From contig NC_068991.1 of assembly GCF_001194135.2 (NCBI RefSeq), forward strand, positions 21,938,954 to 21,999,047: 60,094 nucleotides of DNA, written 5' to 3'. Source of the DNA: Octopus bimaculoides (Eukaryota). The translations under genes were made by a program, and so were the position numbers. Positions within the stretch are counted from its first letter, which is position 1. Each line of letters starts with the position of its first letter. Positions 13,366-26,490 of the stretch are shown here, piece by piece. The notes beneath the pieces were generated by a model. It made no database searches. It worked only from the letters and a program-made list of their open reading frames with translations, and had not been told where the DNA came from.

Positions 13366-13672
13366 ATATTTTTTACAGTGTGTGGTCCCTCAGTTCAGTG
13401 GTCAGTCTTTCTACTTACTCTTCACTCCTCCATTTGTCCAGTTCTCCATCTATCCAGCCACTTTCTTCTCCAATACAGCTTACTTTCTCTTTCCCTTCAT
13501 TCAATTTTTCCCAGGACTACTTCCTGTATATCCCTCTCATTTCTCCCTCTTTTTGTTTCTACCACCTTCCCCCTATACCTTCTTCTTATCTTTCTCCCAT
13601 TCTTTAAAAAACAAAAACAAAAAGCTGAGCGACTTGCAGAAAAATTAGGGGTCAACTTGTAATGGAACTTAC

Positions 13673-13863
13673 CTGAATCAAATCTCTGAAAACGTCCTGG
13701 ATGTTTTTTGGTTGGTACAATTTCCTTCTTTGGGTATGGCTCCAATCGAGGCCTTGGCGGAGTCCTATTTTGTGGGTGAAGATAGTTTTCCCCATCAATG
13801 CTCATTGTGTTGCGTATCTGTGGGTGGCTATTGATGTAGTAGTAATTTGGGTTTTTAGGGTAT
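13673..13863 (-). CDS. Internal coding exon of an unidentified host gene (191 nt, phase 2 to 1): YPKNPNYYYINSHPQIRNTMSIDGENYLHPQNRTPPRPRLEPYPKKEIVPTKKHPGRFQRFDS
   Basis: Acceptor atttatttttttatatttttgttgcag; donor TCAG|gtaagt; only one frame is open; unique, non-repetitive sequence. Confidence 0.75.
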
Positions 13864-13944
13864 CTGCAACAAAAATATAAAAAAATAAATATGGAAATAG
13901 TTTAATATGACAACTAAATCAGTTTCAATATTTTATTCATTGAA

Positions 13945-14190
13945 AGGTGGTGGGCTGGCAGAAACGTTAGCACACCTGGCAAAATGCTTAGCGGTATTTC
14001 GTCTATCTTTATGTTCTGAGTTCAAATTCCACTAAGGTTGACTTTGCTTTTCATCCTTTCGGGGTTGATAAATTAAGTACCAGTTGCTTACTGGAGTCAA
14101 TCTAATCGACTGGAGTCAATCTAATCGACCAGTTGCTTACTGGAGTCAATCTAATCCCCAAAAATTTTGGGCCTTGTACCTAGAGTAGAA
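13945..14190 (+). mobile_element. SINE family C with internal tandem duplication
   Basis: Head ggtggtgggctggcagaaacgttagc...gagttcaaattcc; actggagtcaatctaatc occurs three times at 14090-14157. Confidence 0.8.
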
Positions 14191-15379
14191 AAGAATATTT
14201 TATTCATTGTTTTAACTGTGATCTTTTCTTTTATCTTTTTATTTTTTTTGCTTGTTTCAGCCATCAGACTGTAGTCATACTGGGGCACCAGCATGAAGAA
14301 TTTTAGTTGAACAAATCAACTCCAGTGCTTATTTCTATTTTAATCCTGGTACTTACTTTATTGGTTTCTTTCTGTTAAACCACTAACTTACAAGGATGTA
14401 AACACACCAGCATCAAGTGGTAGTGGACAACCACAGACACAAAGACACAGATATATACATTTGTAGGATACACTCAAGTGAAATTCTTCTCCACTTTATT
14501 ATATATACGTACATTCGAACAGCTAGCCTTTGGCTGCTGTTTGGACCACATTGTGTCCACTACTCTGATTGGTTGGTATTGGCACCATTTGTCTCTTACT
14601 CTGTCACGCCAATATGCAGCGTATAGCCAATTGGAGCCCCTAAATAAGATCATGAGACAGCCTTTTCTCAACCCCATTTGAACCTACTGTTCTCTATAAA
14701 AACCCAGCTATTCCTCGTCTCAAAGTTTATATTGTGACTGAGTATTAGTTAACCCCTAATATCTAATGACACTGGATATTAATGAGAAGAACTTTTAATC
14801 CTTAATGGTGAATCTACAGCATCAGTAAAGACAAAATGATGAAGTCAAACAGAGGAACCAAAGCAGAAGGTCAAAATTTTATTTCCTTACTTTGACACAT
14901 TGGTCCTCCATTGTTTAGCCCCAGGTCAGCCTTGATCGGACAGACTTAAGTTCCAAGACATTCCAACTATGATCAATTTTTTTTTATTTTGTACATTTAG
15001 AACTATGTTGACTAACCAATGTATTCTTTTTTAGACAGCAAGATTTCAGTGGGGATCTAGCTGCTATTTCTAGCAGGTTCAGCATCCACATAGAAGTTCA
15101 CTGGTTTATTTATAATGCCTCCTACAGGATTAATCTGCACCAGCTAGCTCAGCTAATCACTAGACTACTCAAGCAAATATACAATAATAAAATTAAAAAA
15201 TTGAATGCAGCAAATTGTGATACATATCAGGGCAATCTCCTTAACTTTTCTCTTCACAAAAAGAATATCATGTTTTGACAGGTTTCAAGTTTTACAGAGA
15301 AAGGCTAAAAAGCTGTAGTTTAACTACTTTAAATTTATCTTGGGTTTTCTAACACACATTATGTTGCACGTAAATATTT

Positions 15380-16180
15380 CTTCAAAGGGACTCTCACTCA
15401 GAGTAAAAGGCAGACTGTATGACGCATGCGTACGAACAGCCATGCTACATGGCAGTGAAACATGGGCTGTAACTGCTGAGGACATACGTAAGCTCGCAAG
15501 GAATGAAGCCAGTATGCTCCGTTGGATGTGTAATGTCAATGTGAATACCCGTCAGAGTGTAAGTATCTTGAGAGAAAAGCTGAACATTAGAAGCATCAGT
15601 TGTGGTGTGCAAGAGAGACGATTGTGCTGGTATGGACATGTGGTGAGAATGGATGAGGATAGCTGCGTGAAAAAGTGCCACACCCTAACAGTTGAGGAAA
15701 CCCGTGGAAGAGGTNNNNNNNNNNNNNNNNNNNNNNNNNNNNNNNNNNNNNNNNNNNNNNNNNNNNNNNNNNNNNNNNNNNNNNNNNNNNNNNNNNNNNN
15801 NNNNNNNNNNNNNNNNNNNNNNNNNNNNNNNNNNNNNNNNNNNNNNNNNNNNNNNNGCCCCTGGACTGGCTCTTGCGCGGGTGGCACATGTGATGCACCA
15901 TTTTGAGCGTGGCCGTTGCCAGTGCCCCTGGACTGGCTTGTGCAGGTGGCACATAAAAGACACCATTTCGAGCGTGGCCGTTTTCGTGCGGGTGACACGT
16001 AAAAGCACCCACTACACTCTCTGAGTGGTTGGCGTTAGGAAGGGCATCCAGCTGTAGAAACTCTGCCAAATTAGATTGGAGCCTGGTGTTGCCATCCGGT
16101 TTCACCAGTCCTCAGTCAAATCGTCCAACCCATGCTAGCATGGAAGGCGGACGTTAAACGATGATGATGATGATGATGAT
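15380..16180 (+). mobile_element. 5'-truncated RTE-clade LINE with gap
   Basis: KGLSLRVKGRLYDACVRTAMLHGSETW...RLCWYGHVVRM; same 3' UTR and (GAT)n tail as 9583-10483. Confidence 0.9.
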
Positions 16181-17002
16181 ATTGAATATAACAGTATATG
16201 TATGTTCTTAATGGCTATTGTGACTACCCTAATGCAGTCTTTTAATGACCAGGTCTAATCTATTGTCAAACAAGTGCAACTAAACAAAATTTTTGTTAAA
16301 TAATGTTTAAAAGTCTAGTGACATTAAGTCAGGGATGTGACCAACAGTAAGGAAGCAACGTTTGATCAGGAAACAACGAACGGAAATTGTGGTTCTTTTG
16401 CTGTTAAGTGTAGTCATATGCTCCAAGTGGAAGGCCAGCTAATACTACTCCTATTACAATAATAACCAAAGCCAAATAGGGAGTCTACATGTAGCTACTG
16501 CTAGAAATACTAACTAAACCTCTCTTAAATTATTCACAATTTTTTTTTCTTTTTAGCAAATGGTAGAATTCAGTTCATGATAATGTGATCCTGCATACAG
16601 TTTAACACATCTGGAGAAAAAAAAATATTGAAATGTCTTTAAACAGATTCAGCTCAATCAAGACTGACCTGGAGCTAAACAACAACAACAACAGTATAGG
16701 TGGTGGTACTGTGAAATAGTGTTACAGTATAGGTGGCAGTGGTGGCGGTTCCACTGTTAAATACTAAAATGATATAATACCATTGACACAGACGTACGGA
16801 AAAAAAGTTGTGACTTATCCTTTAGGATTTGAGCACCATATCTGCTGTAAACTGTATAACTGTGCTAACTACTACACCAAAATGGCATCAAGATCATCAC
16901 TAATGAAAATAGTAGACTTAAATTAAATAGCTATGATGTTATACAAGCACCTTGTCAACAGAAATCTGCTCACATGGCATCAAGACATGGTAATTATATA
17001 TA

Positions 17003-17866
17003 CAGGGGTTGGACAAAATAATGGAAACACCTTAATTATACCATGAAGGGAAACCACTGGGCCAGTTGATTTCCAAGATATAGACTCCCCCCCCCCCCAG
17101 ACCATCACAGATCCTCCTCCATGCTTAACAGTTGGAAGAAGGCAGTCTGGGTCAAATGCTTCTTTTGGCTGTCTCCAGATGTATACTCCGCTGGTGGTCG
17201 GAAATAAAGTAAAGGATGACTCGTCCAAGAAAATAACAGTCTTCCACTGGTCTAGGGACCAATTCTGTAGGTTTTTACTCCACTCTAAACATTTTGCATT
17301 GTTTGTTTTTGAAAGTAGTGGTTTTCTGATTGCAGCCCTCCTGAGAAATCTAGCTTTGTGCAGCTCCTGGCAAAGAGTTTTTGTGGAAACTGGGTTCTTG
17401 AGGTGGTCATTAAGCTCTGCAGTAATTTTGGAAGCTGTACTTTTGTGATCCTTTCTAACAATTTGCGTAAGAGCCCGACGGTCCCTATCTGCAACTTTTG
17501 GTTTTCTACCAGAGTTTGTTTTGATGAGGAGGTTTTTCCCCTCTATCTCAAAAGCTGTCATTACTTTCGAGACAGTACTTCTTGATACACCAAACATTTT
17601 GGCTGTTTTCGTTATGCTAGCACCTACCATATGAGCACCAACAATTTTACCTCTTTGAAAGTCGAATAGATCTGTCATTTTAATCAATTTTAATTACCTT
17701 TTTCTGATGACATCTGAAAGAAACAGCAATTTTTGCAAAACATATTAAGCAACGCTAATAATAAATCAAAAAACGTAAAAATAAACAAGCTTTTGATGGT
17801 TTTATAGATATTTCAAAATTATGATACTATGACACTACATGTTTCTATTATTTTGTCCAACCCCTC
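17003..17866 (-). mobile_element. Tc1-family transposon, internally deleted (transposase from ATG 17678)
   Basis: ~26-bp TIRs aggggttggacaaaataat(g/a)gaaaca at both ends; HTH region, TVIFLDES and TVKHGGGSVMVWG present; the rest of the DDE domain is missing. Confidence 0.9.
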
Positions 17867-18161
17867 AAGAGTACCAATGAATTTGAATCAAACTGTTTTG
17901 ATCCATACATGTAACTCCCGATAAATTGGGTGAGTGCCCTTCTTTTGTTTGTCCACTCACTCGTGTGTGTGTATATATATATATATATATATTTATGTGG
18001 AGAATGGAGCAACAATTCTGTTGGGGCTAGTTAGCCATTGTTTTATTATGTGGAGGTTACCCGCACAGGTGATTCCTAGGAGTGCCTCTGGATTTAAACA
18101 TCCCCTGGTTGCTTGGATGCTTCAGACTACCCCTGAAGGATTGAGGCAAGCCTATCATTTA

Positions 18162-18163
<2 letters not shown>

Positions 18164-18237
<74 letters not shown>
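18164..18237. repeat. (TA)n microsatellite
   Basis: Perfect dinucleotide run; many other (TA)n, (GT)n, (AG)n, (CAC)n, (GGT)n and (ATT)n runs occur throughout the window. Confidence 0.97.
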
Positions 18238-18239
<2 letters not shown>

Positions 18240-19050
18240 CAGTAAGACATGAAGGGTCACCATATGCAATGTACAAATGTAAGGTTCTCACGCCAGAGGT
18301 ACCAATCATATCGTACAGATGAAAAGTTATTTGACGTAGAAAAAGCGCTTCTTGTTCCATGTTGGGTCATTGTATATTGATAGTTGAAAGCAGGATGAAA
18401 CAGTATAACAACAACATTGAGGAAAAAAGAAATAATGTTCACTAATTTATTTGCATGCAGTGGTTAGTAAAATGTACACAGTAGTAATTGACAATGGTGT
18501 TGATGTGTCAGTGGTTCACTGGTAGTTGGTAACGTGATCAGTGCATTCTGTTGACAGAGAGGAAGAAAGGGTAAGGTTACATTGTCCTTTTCCAATTTGG
18601 CCAATGGTTAATGGCTGACACAAATGTGTGTTCTGTGCCAGCTGGTTGGACCAAAGAGAGTGAGAGATGATCTCAGTTATATAGCGTATGGTCAGAAAGT
18701 TGGTCAAATCTAAAAAGGACTGACCCTTTAGTGACCAACAAAGGGCCTAGGTTGGATGTTTCTCATTAATCTCTCAGTATGGAGATAAAACACGAAGAAA
18801 TCAGACAGTGATCCAAGAAGCAACAAGTGTGTAGACTCAGTTTCAAATCTCATTTGCCCAATGTGCCGCACAGTGGGACTGAACCTGAAATTATGTGGTT
18901 GAAACTAAGCTTCTTAACCACATAGCCATGCCTGTGTCTACTAGAGAAAATGACAGAAAAAAGTTCTAACATTATTTGTGTGTGTGTGTGTGTGTGTGTG
19001 GATGCTTGCATATATATGTGCATGTATATACTTGTGTGTGTGTGTACATA

Positions 19051-19410
19051 TGTGTGGTATAGTACAGTGTAGTAATCAGTTGTGCAAGTGGGAAATGCTT
19101 ATATGTATGTGTGTGTGTGTATGTATGCATGCATGCATGTGTGTGCATGTATGTGTGCATGCATGTATGAGTGTCCACATGTGTGGTTTAGTACAGCAGT
19201 ATTGAGTTGTCCAAGTGAGACACTTCTGTGTGTGTGTGCATATGCACATGTGTGCAAGCATTTACGTGTATCCACATGTGTGGTATAGTAGAGTGCAGTA
19301 TTCAGTTGTGTAAGTGAGACGTGTGTGTGTGTGTGTGTGTGCATGCACATGTGTGGTATCCACGTCTGTGGTATGGTACAGTGCTGTAATCAGTTGTGCA
19401 AGTGGGACGT
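19051..19410. repeat. Compound minisatellite: four ~42-bp cores separated by GT/AT-rich spacers
   Basis: Core tgtggtatagtacagtg(t/c)agta(a/t)tcagttgtgcaagtg(g/a)ga at ~19051, 19180, 19277 and 19367. Confidence 0.8.
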
Positions 19411-20972
19411 GTGTGAGTGTGTGTGTGTGTGTGAGTATGAGTGTGTGTGTATGTGAGTATGAGTGTGTGTGTGTGTGTGTGTGTGTGTGTCTGAGGACTT
19501 GAAATGAATTCTGGTTATTCCTTTATTCCATGTATAACCTTGACAGCAACAGTAATAACAAAAATTAAAATGACATTACCAACATTACTTACCAGTATCA
19601 TTACCACCACCACTACCACCATTACTGTCATGGCTATCACCACCTTGGCACAGCTAATACCATCATAATCATCACTATCAGTCATAACTTGCACCATCAA
19701 CACACTACCATCGCAGGTAGTGTGTGTGTGTGTGGGGGGGGGGTCATCTTAGTCACCCACGTCATTATCATCACTATAACTAACATCTCGGCTACCATCA
19801 CCACCACCATCAACATTACCACCCTCAAAGCCATCTGTACTACCACCACCAACACCATCACCACCTCTACCAAAATCAAAACCACCATCAACATCACCAC
19901 AACCAATACATCACACCACCACCACCACCACCACCACCACCACCAGTACTGTCAACACACTTGTCACCACCATTTGTATCAGCACCACCATCACCATAAA
20001 TGCTGCCAACACCACTATTATTACCTCNNNNNNNNNNNNNNNNNNNNNNNNNNNNNNNNNNNNNNNNNNNNNNNNNNNNNNNNNNNNNNNNNNNNNNNNN
20101 NNNNNNNNNNNNNNNNNNNNNNNNNNNNNNNNNNNNNNNNNNNNNNNNNNNNNNNNNNNNNNNNNNNNNNNNNNNNNNNNNNNNNNNNNNNNNNNNNNNN
20201 NNNNNNNNNNNNNNNNNNNNNNNNNNNNNNNNNNNNNNNNNNNNNNNNNNNNNNNNNNNNNNNNNNNNNNNNNNNNNNNNNNNNNNNNNNNNNNNNNNNN
20301 NNNNNNNNNNNNNNNNNNNNNNNNNNNNNNNNNNNNNNNNNNNNNNNNNNNNNNNNNNNNNNNNNNNNNNNNNNNNNNNNNNNNNNNNNNNNNNNNNNNN
20401 NNNNNNNNNNNNNNNNNNNNNNNNNNNNNNNNNNNNNNNNNNNNNNNNNNNNNNNNNNNNNNNNNNNNNNNNNNNNNNNNNNNNNNNNNNNNNNNNNNNN
20501 NNNNNNNNNNNNNNNNNNNNNNNNNNNNNNNNNNNNNNNNNNNNNNNNNNNNNNNNNNNNNNNNNNNNNNNNNNNNNNNNNNNNNNNNNNNNNNNNNNNN
20601 NNNNNNNNNNNNNNNNNNNNNNNNNNNNNNNNNNNNNNNNNNNNNNNNNNNNNNNNNNNNNNNNNNNNNNNNNNNNNNNNNNNNNNNNNNNNNNNNNNNN
20701 NNNNNNNNNNNNNNNNNNNNNNNNNNNNNNNNNNNGCTCCCGTGGTTTTATGGGTTTTTCCACGTGTAACCTTTCCTTTTTCGAAGCGCCTCCCCCTTTG
20801 GGAGTTCTACTTATTTATTTATCTATTTATTTATCTATTTATTTCTTATATCTTTCTCTGTTTAGACGAACTTTCCTACCTTTTCAGACAAAACCTTTTG
20901 TAACCTCCGTCCTGTCTTTGTCCTTATATATTTTTAATTGATATTAGCCCTTGTGGCCAATAAAACGAATTA

Positions 20973-21013
<41 letters not shown>

Positions 21014-21886
21014 CTCCATCACCGTCACTATGATCACCACCACCATAAAGGCCATCAACAACACTAACCAGCAACACCATCCACCCAACCATCAATACCA
21101 CCAAAACTTTGTTCAAAACATGTTAAGGAAAACAAGATATCATGTTTATATGTTAGACAGGTTTGGGGTGGATGATGGGTTGCGGTGAGTAGAGCTGGGC
21201 AGGAATGGACTCTAGTAGTTATAATAAGTGAAAAGGGGATGTGTGGGTGCCTCACTGACGTAGACTGATTAATGACTGAATGATTGGGATGGTGTAAGAT
21301 TCATCAATAATTTATATAGTTAATTAGAAGAGGACACATCAATATTAGGGTTGAAGTGAGTGGGTTAGAAATTAAAATGTAAGAGGAATGGTGAATAAGT
21401 ATAAATTACACATTTACGTAATTGGTACAGTTATGGCTTATGTCACAAAAGGAGGTGGGGGAACGATGTGTGCCCCACCCTTTCGAGTAGAGTCTGTTTA
21501 AACAGACATATGGCAGAGAGAGGCAGCCAATCAAACATATAGGAGACGCCCACATCTCTTGTCAAGCACTGGATACAAGACGGTGAGATATCTCTTGTAT
21601 AGGGCTTGGCAAACTTCTTATATATCATTAACCTCTCTATGGAATATCACTAACTTATTGACCTCTATCATGTAAATTACCAATATTTAGCTAAATTTGG
21701 GTATTTTATAATCTTTGCTTTTAGAGCTCTGATAAAAAATAAGGGATGGGAGTATCAGAGTGAAGCATTTTGAAATGGTCTTTCATCTTTGCAAGTTTCA
21801 GAGTATCATTACAGAAAGTTTTTCCCCATAACACAAAGATAGGCATTGCTTTATCCGCAAATGATGGTATAAATCTGAATTTCAAG

Positions 21887-22245
21887 TAGGTGTAGTTCTG
21901 TGGCAAGAAGCTTGCTTCCCAACTACATGGCTCAGGGTTCAGTCCACTATGTGGCACCTTGAGCAAGTGTCTTCTACAGCCTCAGGTCTACCAATGCCTT
22001 GTGAGTGGATTTAGTAGATGGAAACTGAAAGAATCCTGTTGTGTGCGTGCGTGTGTGTGTGTGTGTGTGTACTGGTGTGTTTACATCCTTGTAACTTAGC
22101 AGTTCAGCAAAAGGGACCAACAGAATAAATACTAGGCTTTAAAAAAATGAGTCCTAGGGTCAATTTGTTCAACTAAAACCCTTCAAAGTAGTGCCCCAGC
22201 ATGGCTGCAGTCAAATGACTGAAACAAGTAAAAGATAAAAGATAC
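21887..22245 (+). mobile_element. Near full-length SINE family B
   Basis: Head, internal (GT)n and gtaaaagataaaagat tail. Confidence 0.8.
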
Positions 22246-23000
22246 CAAAACTGACGGCACTTACTGTCAAAAGTCTAAATATATATTTTTTTAAATAGAG
22301 AAAATTCAAGATTGTCAAACAACTGAAACCATTCTACAGTAAATGGACAATAAACTGCACAATAGTATTGAGTGTCTCTATTACATTGCTGTCATGAAAA
22401 GTGTGCACAGGTCATTAATTGGCCAGTTGTCATTACATGTTTACTTGGTATATGTTCATAATGTGATATCTACTGAGGGGTTTTGAATTTCCATTTGGTA
22501 TTTCTATAGGTGGACTTTTCAAAGTCGAATTTTAATAATGTTGAAAAATCAGTTCACTAATAATTCAACACCCTTAATGTTCAAAATTGTTTTAGGTGTT
22601 TATTGACCCCCTTAGATAGCCCCAAAGTCCACCACCCCTAAGGGATTAATATTGATCACTTTTCTAACTCCTGATCTAGAGTTATACATTGAGTTATATT
22701 TTAGTTTTAAATCAGAAATCTAGAAATCTAGAAGTTATCATCAAGATAATTACAATAAGGGAAATGCTGACCTACATTTACTAATTACAACATTTGGCCA
22801 TCACACTGGTAGTCAAGGCTTCTGTTTATTTTTACTGGTAAGGCAGTTCATTTAAGGGTACAAAAATCTGTGCTTATTGAACCTATTCAATAAGTAGTGA
22901 CTGAACAATTGAAATTCTCCTTCATAGAAACTGATGTGAGATCAGTCTACTCTACCACTGTTCTAACAAGTCAATGAAGAAGGGAACACTTGACCACTAA

Positions 23001-23265
23001 CCTCCATATGTGGCCATCTGACACCTGGCCTCCATGCATGGCTACCCACCGCCAGGCCACCATGCATGGCTGCCCAATGCCCAATACCCGGCCTCCATGC
23101 ATGGTTACCCAACACAAAGCCTTCATACATGGTTGCCTGAATCCTGGCCTTCATATGTGGTCACTCAACCTCTGACCTCCATGTGTGGTCACTCAACCAT
23201 TGATCTGTGTGGTCACCCAGCCTTTGACCTCTATGTGCGGTCACTTAACATCTGATCTCTATGTC
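23001..23265. repeat. Degenerate 28-bp minisatellite (~10 units)
   Basis: Units such as cctccatgcatggctacccaccgccagg and cctccatgtgtggtcactcaaccattga; mostly 28 bp, one 35 bp and one 24 bp. Confidence 0.85.
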
Positions 23266-23936
23266 ATGACATCTGAAAAATAAAGTCAAATTTCTTCAAA
23301 TTTCCTAATTTTGATAAAAGAATGGACACACCAGGGCAATATAGTCCTAGATGGCCTTAGAAAGAGGAGAAGGTCATGACTGGAATGCATTTGACCATAA
23401 GTCTACTGGATTTGTGTTGAGCTGGACTAAATAACAACAACAACAGTTTCAAGAGGTCGTTCTTCAGAACTTATAAGTTCTGAATCCATTCTGCTAACAT
23501 CATTCAAAAATTTGCCACTATATTTCAGAATTCAATCAATAGTTTGGTCATGAAATTACAGTAAAAAAATATTTACTTCATCAAAGTGCAAACTTTTAAA
23601 ACATTCAAAACCCATCCAACCCTACAGAATAATTTAAATAATGGAAAAGCAGGAAATTATATAGAATAAGCAAAAAATAAAAAATATAAATTAAATAAAA
23701 AATAATATGTATTTCTTTTTAAAAGCAAGTCATGGGATATCGGATATGTTGGAGNNNNNNNNNNNNNNNNNNNNNNNNNNNNNNNNNNNNNNNNNNNNNN
23801 NNNNNNNNNNNNNNNNNNNNNNNNNNNNNNNNNNNNNNNNNNNNNNNNNNNNNNNNNNNNNNNNNNNNNNNNNNNNNNNNNNNNNNNNNNNNNNNNNNNN
23901 NNNNNNNNNNNNNNNNNNNNNNNNNNNNNNNNNNNN

Positions 23937-23995
<59 letters not shown>

Positions 23996-24327
23996 TGCGT
24001 GCGTGTGTGTGCATTGTTTTTTATGTTCAGTTAAAATAAAAAACAATTTTATATCAAACTGGAGGATAACTCAATACTCTTTGTTAATACATATTTATTA
24101 TTCTTTAATAAGAATGGTGTTGGCAGTGACTTCAGAGTTCCAGCCTGCTTAGCCTTCATTGGTGAATGTTAACCCAGCTAAAATCCCAAAGCCACTGTCA
24201 AGAGTATTCTTGCTAAAGGATGAGATTATGTCTCGTCAGTGGATCATATATCCAACAAAGAAGCACACTGCAAAGTGCAGAGCAGTAATGTATTTATAAG
24301 ATTGGATATATATTTAGCTGCATATAA

Positions 24328-24365
<38 letters not shown>

Positions 24366-24418
24366 TATCTTAAATCTCTGAGTGAGATGTAAACAGTAGC
24401 GATATGGAATCATAACAT

Positions 24419-24732
24419 ATAATTGCCAACTAAGTGTGGCATCTTGTACGGGGCAGTGCTACTGACGTTTATAGTCCCAGGAAGACATCTCTTCCAGCTA
24501 ACTAATGACACACATTCTGTGTGATTAACACACACTGAAGACAGGTAACCACCCAGAAACTCAAGTCTGTGTGTATCACATAAGGCTAGGGATGGGAGCG
24601 ATGACCTCCCTTTGCAAATACTACTCGGACATGGAATGTGTGTCGTCAGCTATCAGGAAGAGATGTCTTCCTGAGGCTATAAACGCCAGTAGCATTATTC
24701 CATATAAGACACCACACTTGGTTGACAATTAT
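24419..24732. mobile_element. Foldback/MITE element with ~97-bp inverted arms
   Basis: 24421-24517 aligns without gaps to the reverse complement of ~24634-24730. Confidence 0.85.
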
Positions 24733-26048
24733 GTGTGTCTGTGTGTGTGTGTGCATGTATATATATAGCAAATTAAAAGGATGGCTTATTAACAATTAGA
24801 ACCTAAAGGCAAAATTAATAGAGGTCAAAAATGTGATGGAGGTTGCTGGCCAGCACCATTAATGCTAAAAATAAGAGTTAAATTAACTCTAAAGCCACTA
24901 AANNNNNNNNNNNNNNNNNNNNNNNNNNNNNNNNNNNNNNNNNNNNNNNNNNNNNNNNNNNNNNNNNNNNNNNNNNNNNNNNNNNNNNNNNNNNNNNNNN
25001 NNNNNNNNNNNNNNNNNNNNNNNNNNNNNNNNNNNNNNNNNNNNNNNNNNNNNNNNNNNNNNNNNNNNNNNNNNNNNNNNNNNNNNNNNNNNNNNNNNNN
25101 NNNNNNNNNNNNNNNNNNNNNNNNNNNNNNNNNNNNNNNNNNNNNNNNNNNNNNNNNNNNNNNNNNNNNNNNNNNNNNNNNNNNNNNNNNNNNNNNNNNN
25201 NNNNNNNNNNNNNNNNNNNNNNNNNNNNNNNNNNNNNNNNNNNNNNNNNNNNNNNNNNNNNNNNNNNNNNNNNNNNNNNNNNNNNNNNNNNNNNNNNNNN
25301 NNNNNNNNNNNNNNNNNNNNNNNNNNNNNNNNNNNNNNNNNNNNNNNNNNNNNNNNNNNNNNNNNNNNNNNNNNNNNNNNNNNNNNNNNNNNNNNNNNNN
25401 NNNNNNNNNNNNNNNNNNNNNNNNNNNNNNNNNNNNNNNNNNNNNNNNNNNNNNNNNNNNNNNNNNNNNNNNNNNNNNNNNNNNNNNNNNNNNNNNNNNN
25501 NNNNNNNNNNNNNNNNNNNNNNNNNNNNNNNNNNNNNNNNNNNNNNNNNNNNNNNNNNNNNNNNNNNNNNNNNNNNNNNNNNNNNNNNNNNNNNNNNNNN
25601 NNNNNNNNNNNNNNNNNNNNNNNNNNNNNNNNNNNNNNNNNNNNNNNNNNNNNNNNNNNNNNNNNNNNNNNNNNNNNNNNNNNNNNNNNNNNNNNNNNNN
25701 NNNNNNNNNNNNNNNNNNNNNNNNNNNNNNNNNNNNNNNNNNNNNNNNNNNNNNNNNNNNNNNTGCCACGACATTCCTCCATGGCAAGATTTAATTTGTG
25801 TATACAAATTTAATTTGCGGTCCATGGGAAGAGCCGTTTTAACGATGCGTCCTGCCCAGCTCTTCGAAACGCCGGTGTTAAATCAGGGGTAGCTGATGAA
25901 GTAGAATGTTCTCTATGTGGCTTGTGTGTGTTCTCTCGTCTACGTTTAGTTTGCAATGTCCTGTACCCAGATATGCACCTATACATACAGGTGGATGTAG
26001 GTATGCACATACCTGTACGTATATATGCATATACTCATTTACTATTTG

Positions 26049-26089
<41 letters not shown>

Positions 26090-26092
<3 letters not shown>

Positions 26093-26490
26093 CACAGGTG
26101 TAACTGTGTGATAAGAAGATTGCTTCCCAACTTCATGGATCTGTGTTCAGTCCCACAGAGTGGCACATAGGCCAAGTGTCTTCTATTAGAGCCCCAGGTC
26201 AACCAAAGCATTGTGAGTGGATTTAGTAGACACAAACTATAAAACATCATGTGTGTGTGTGTGTGTATGTGCTTGCATGAGTGTGTGCTTGAGTGTGTGT
26301 CTGTGCTTGTGTTCCACTACTGCTTGACAATTGTTGGGTTTTATTACGTCCCTGTAACTTAGTGGTTTAGCAAAAAATTATTGATAGAATAAATAACAGG
26401 CTTTAAAATAATAAATAATAGGGTCAATCCATTTGACTAAAGCCCTGAACAGCAGTGCCCCAGCATGATTGCAGTCCAATGACTAAAGTA
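26090..26490 (+). mobile_element. SINE family B
   Basis: Same head, body and tail as the other family B copies, more diverged. Confidence 0.75.

Noticed and set aside
19051-23265. CRISPR-like repeat-spacer look of the two arrays
   Set aside because: Eukaryotic context, degenerate repeats, low-complexity or homologous spacers, no cas genes
25866-25899. Hammerhead ribozyme core motifs GAAAC and CTGATGA close together
   Set aside because: No room for stem I (1 nt between the putative cleavage triplet and the core) and stem II does not pair; an RNAMotif/Infernal scan would settle it
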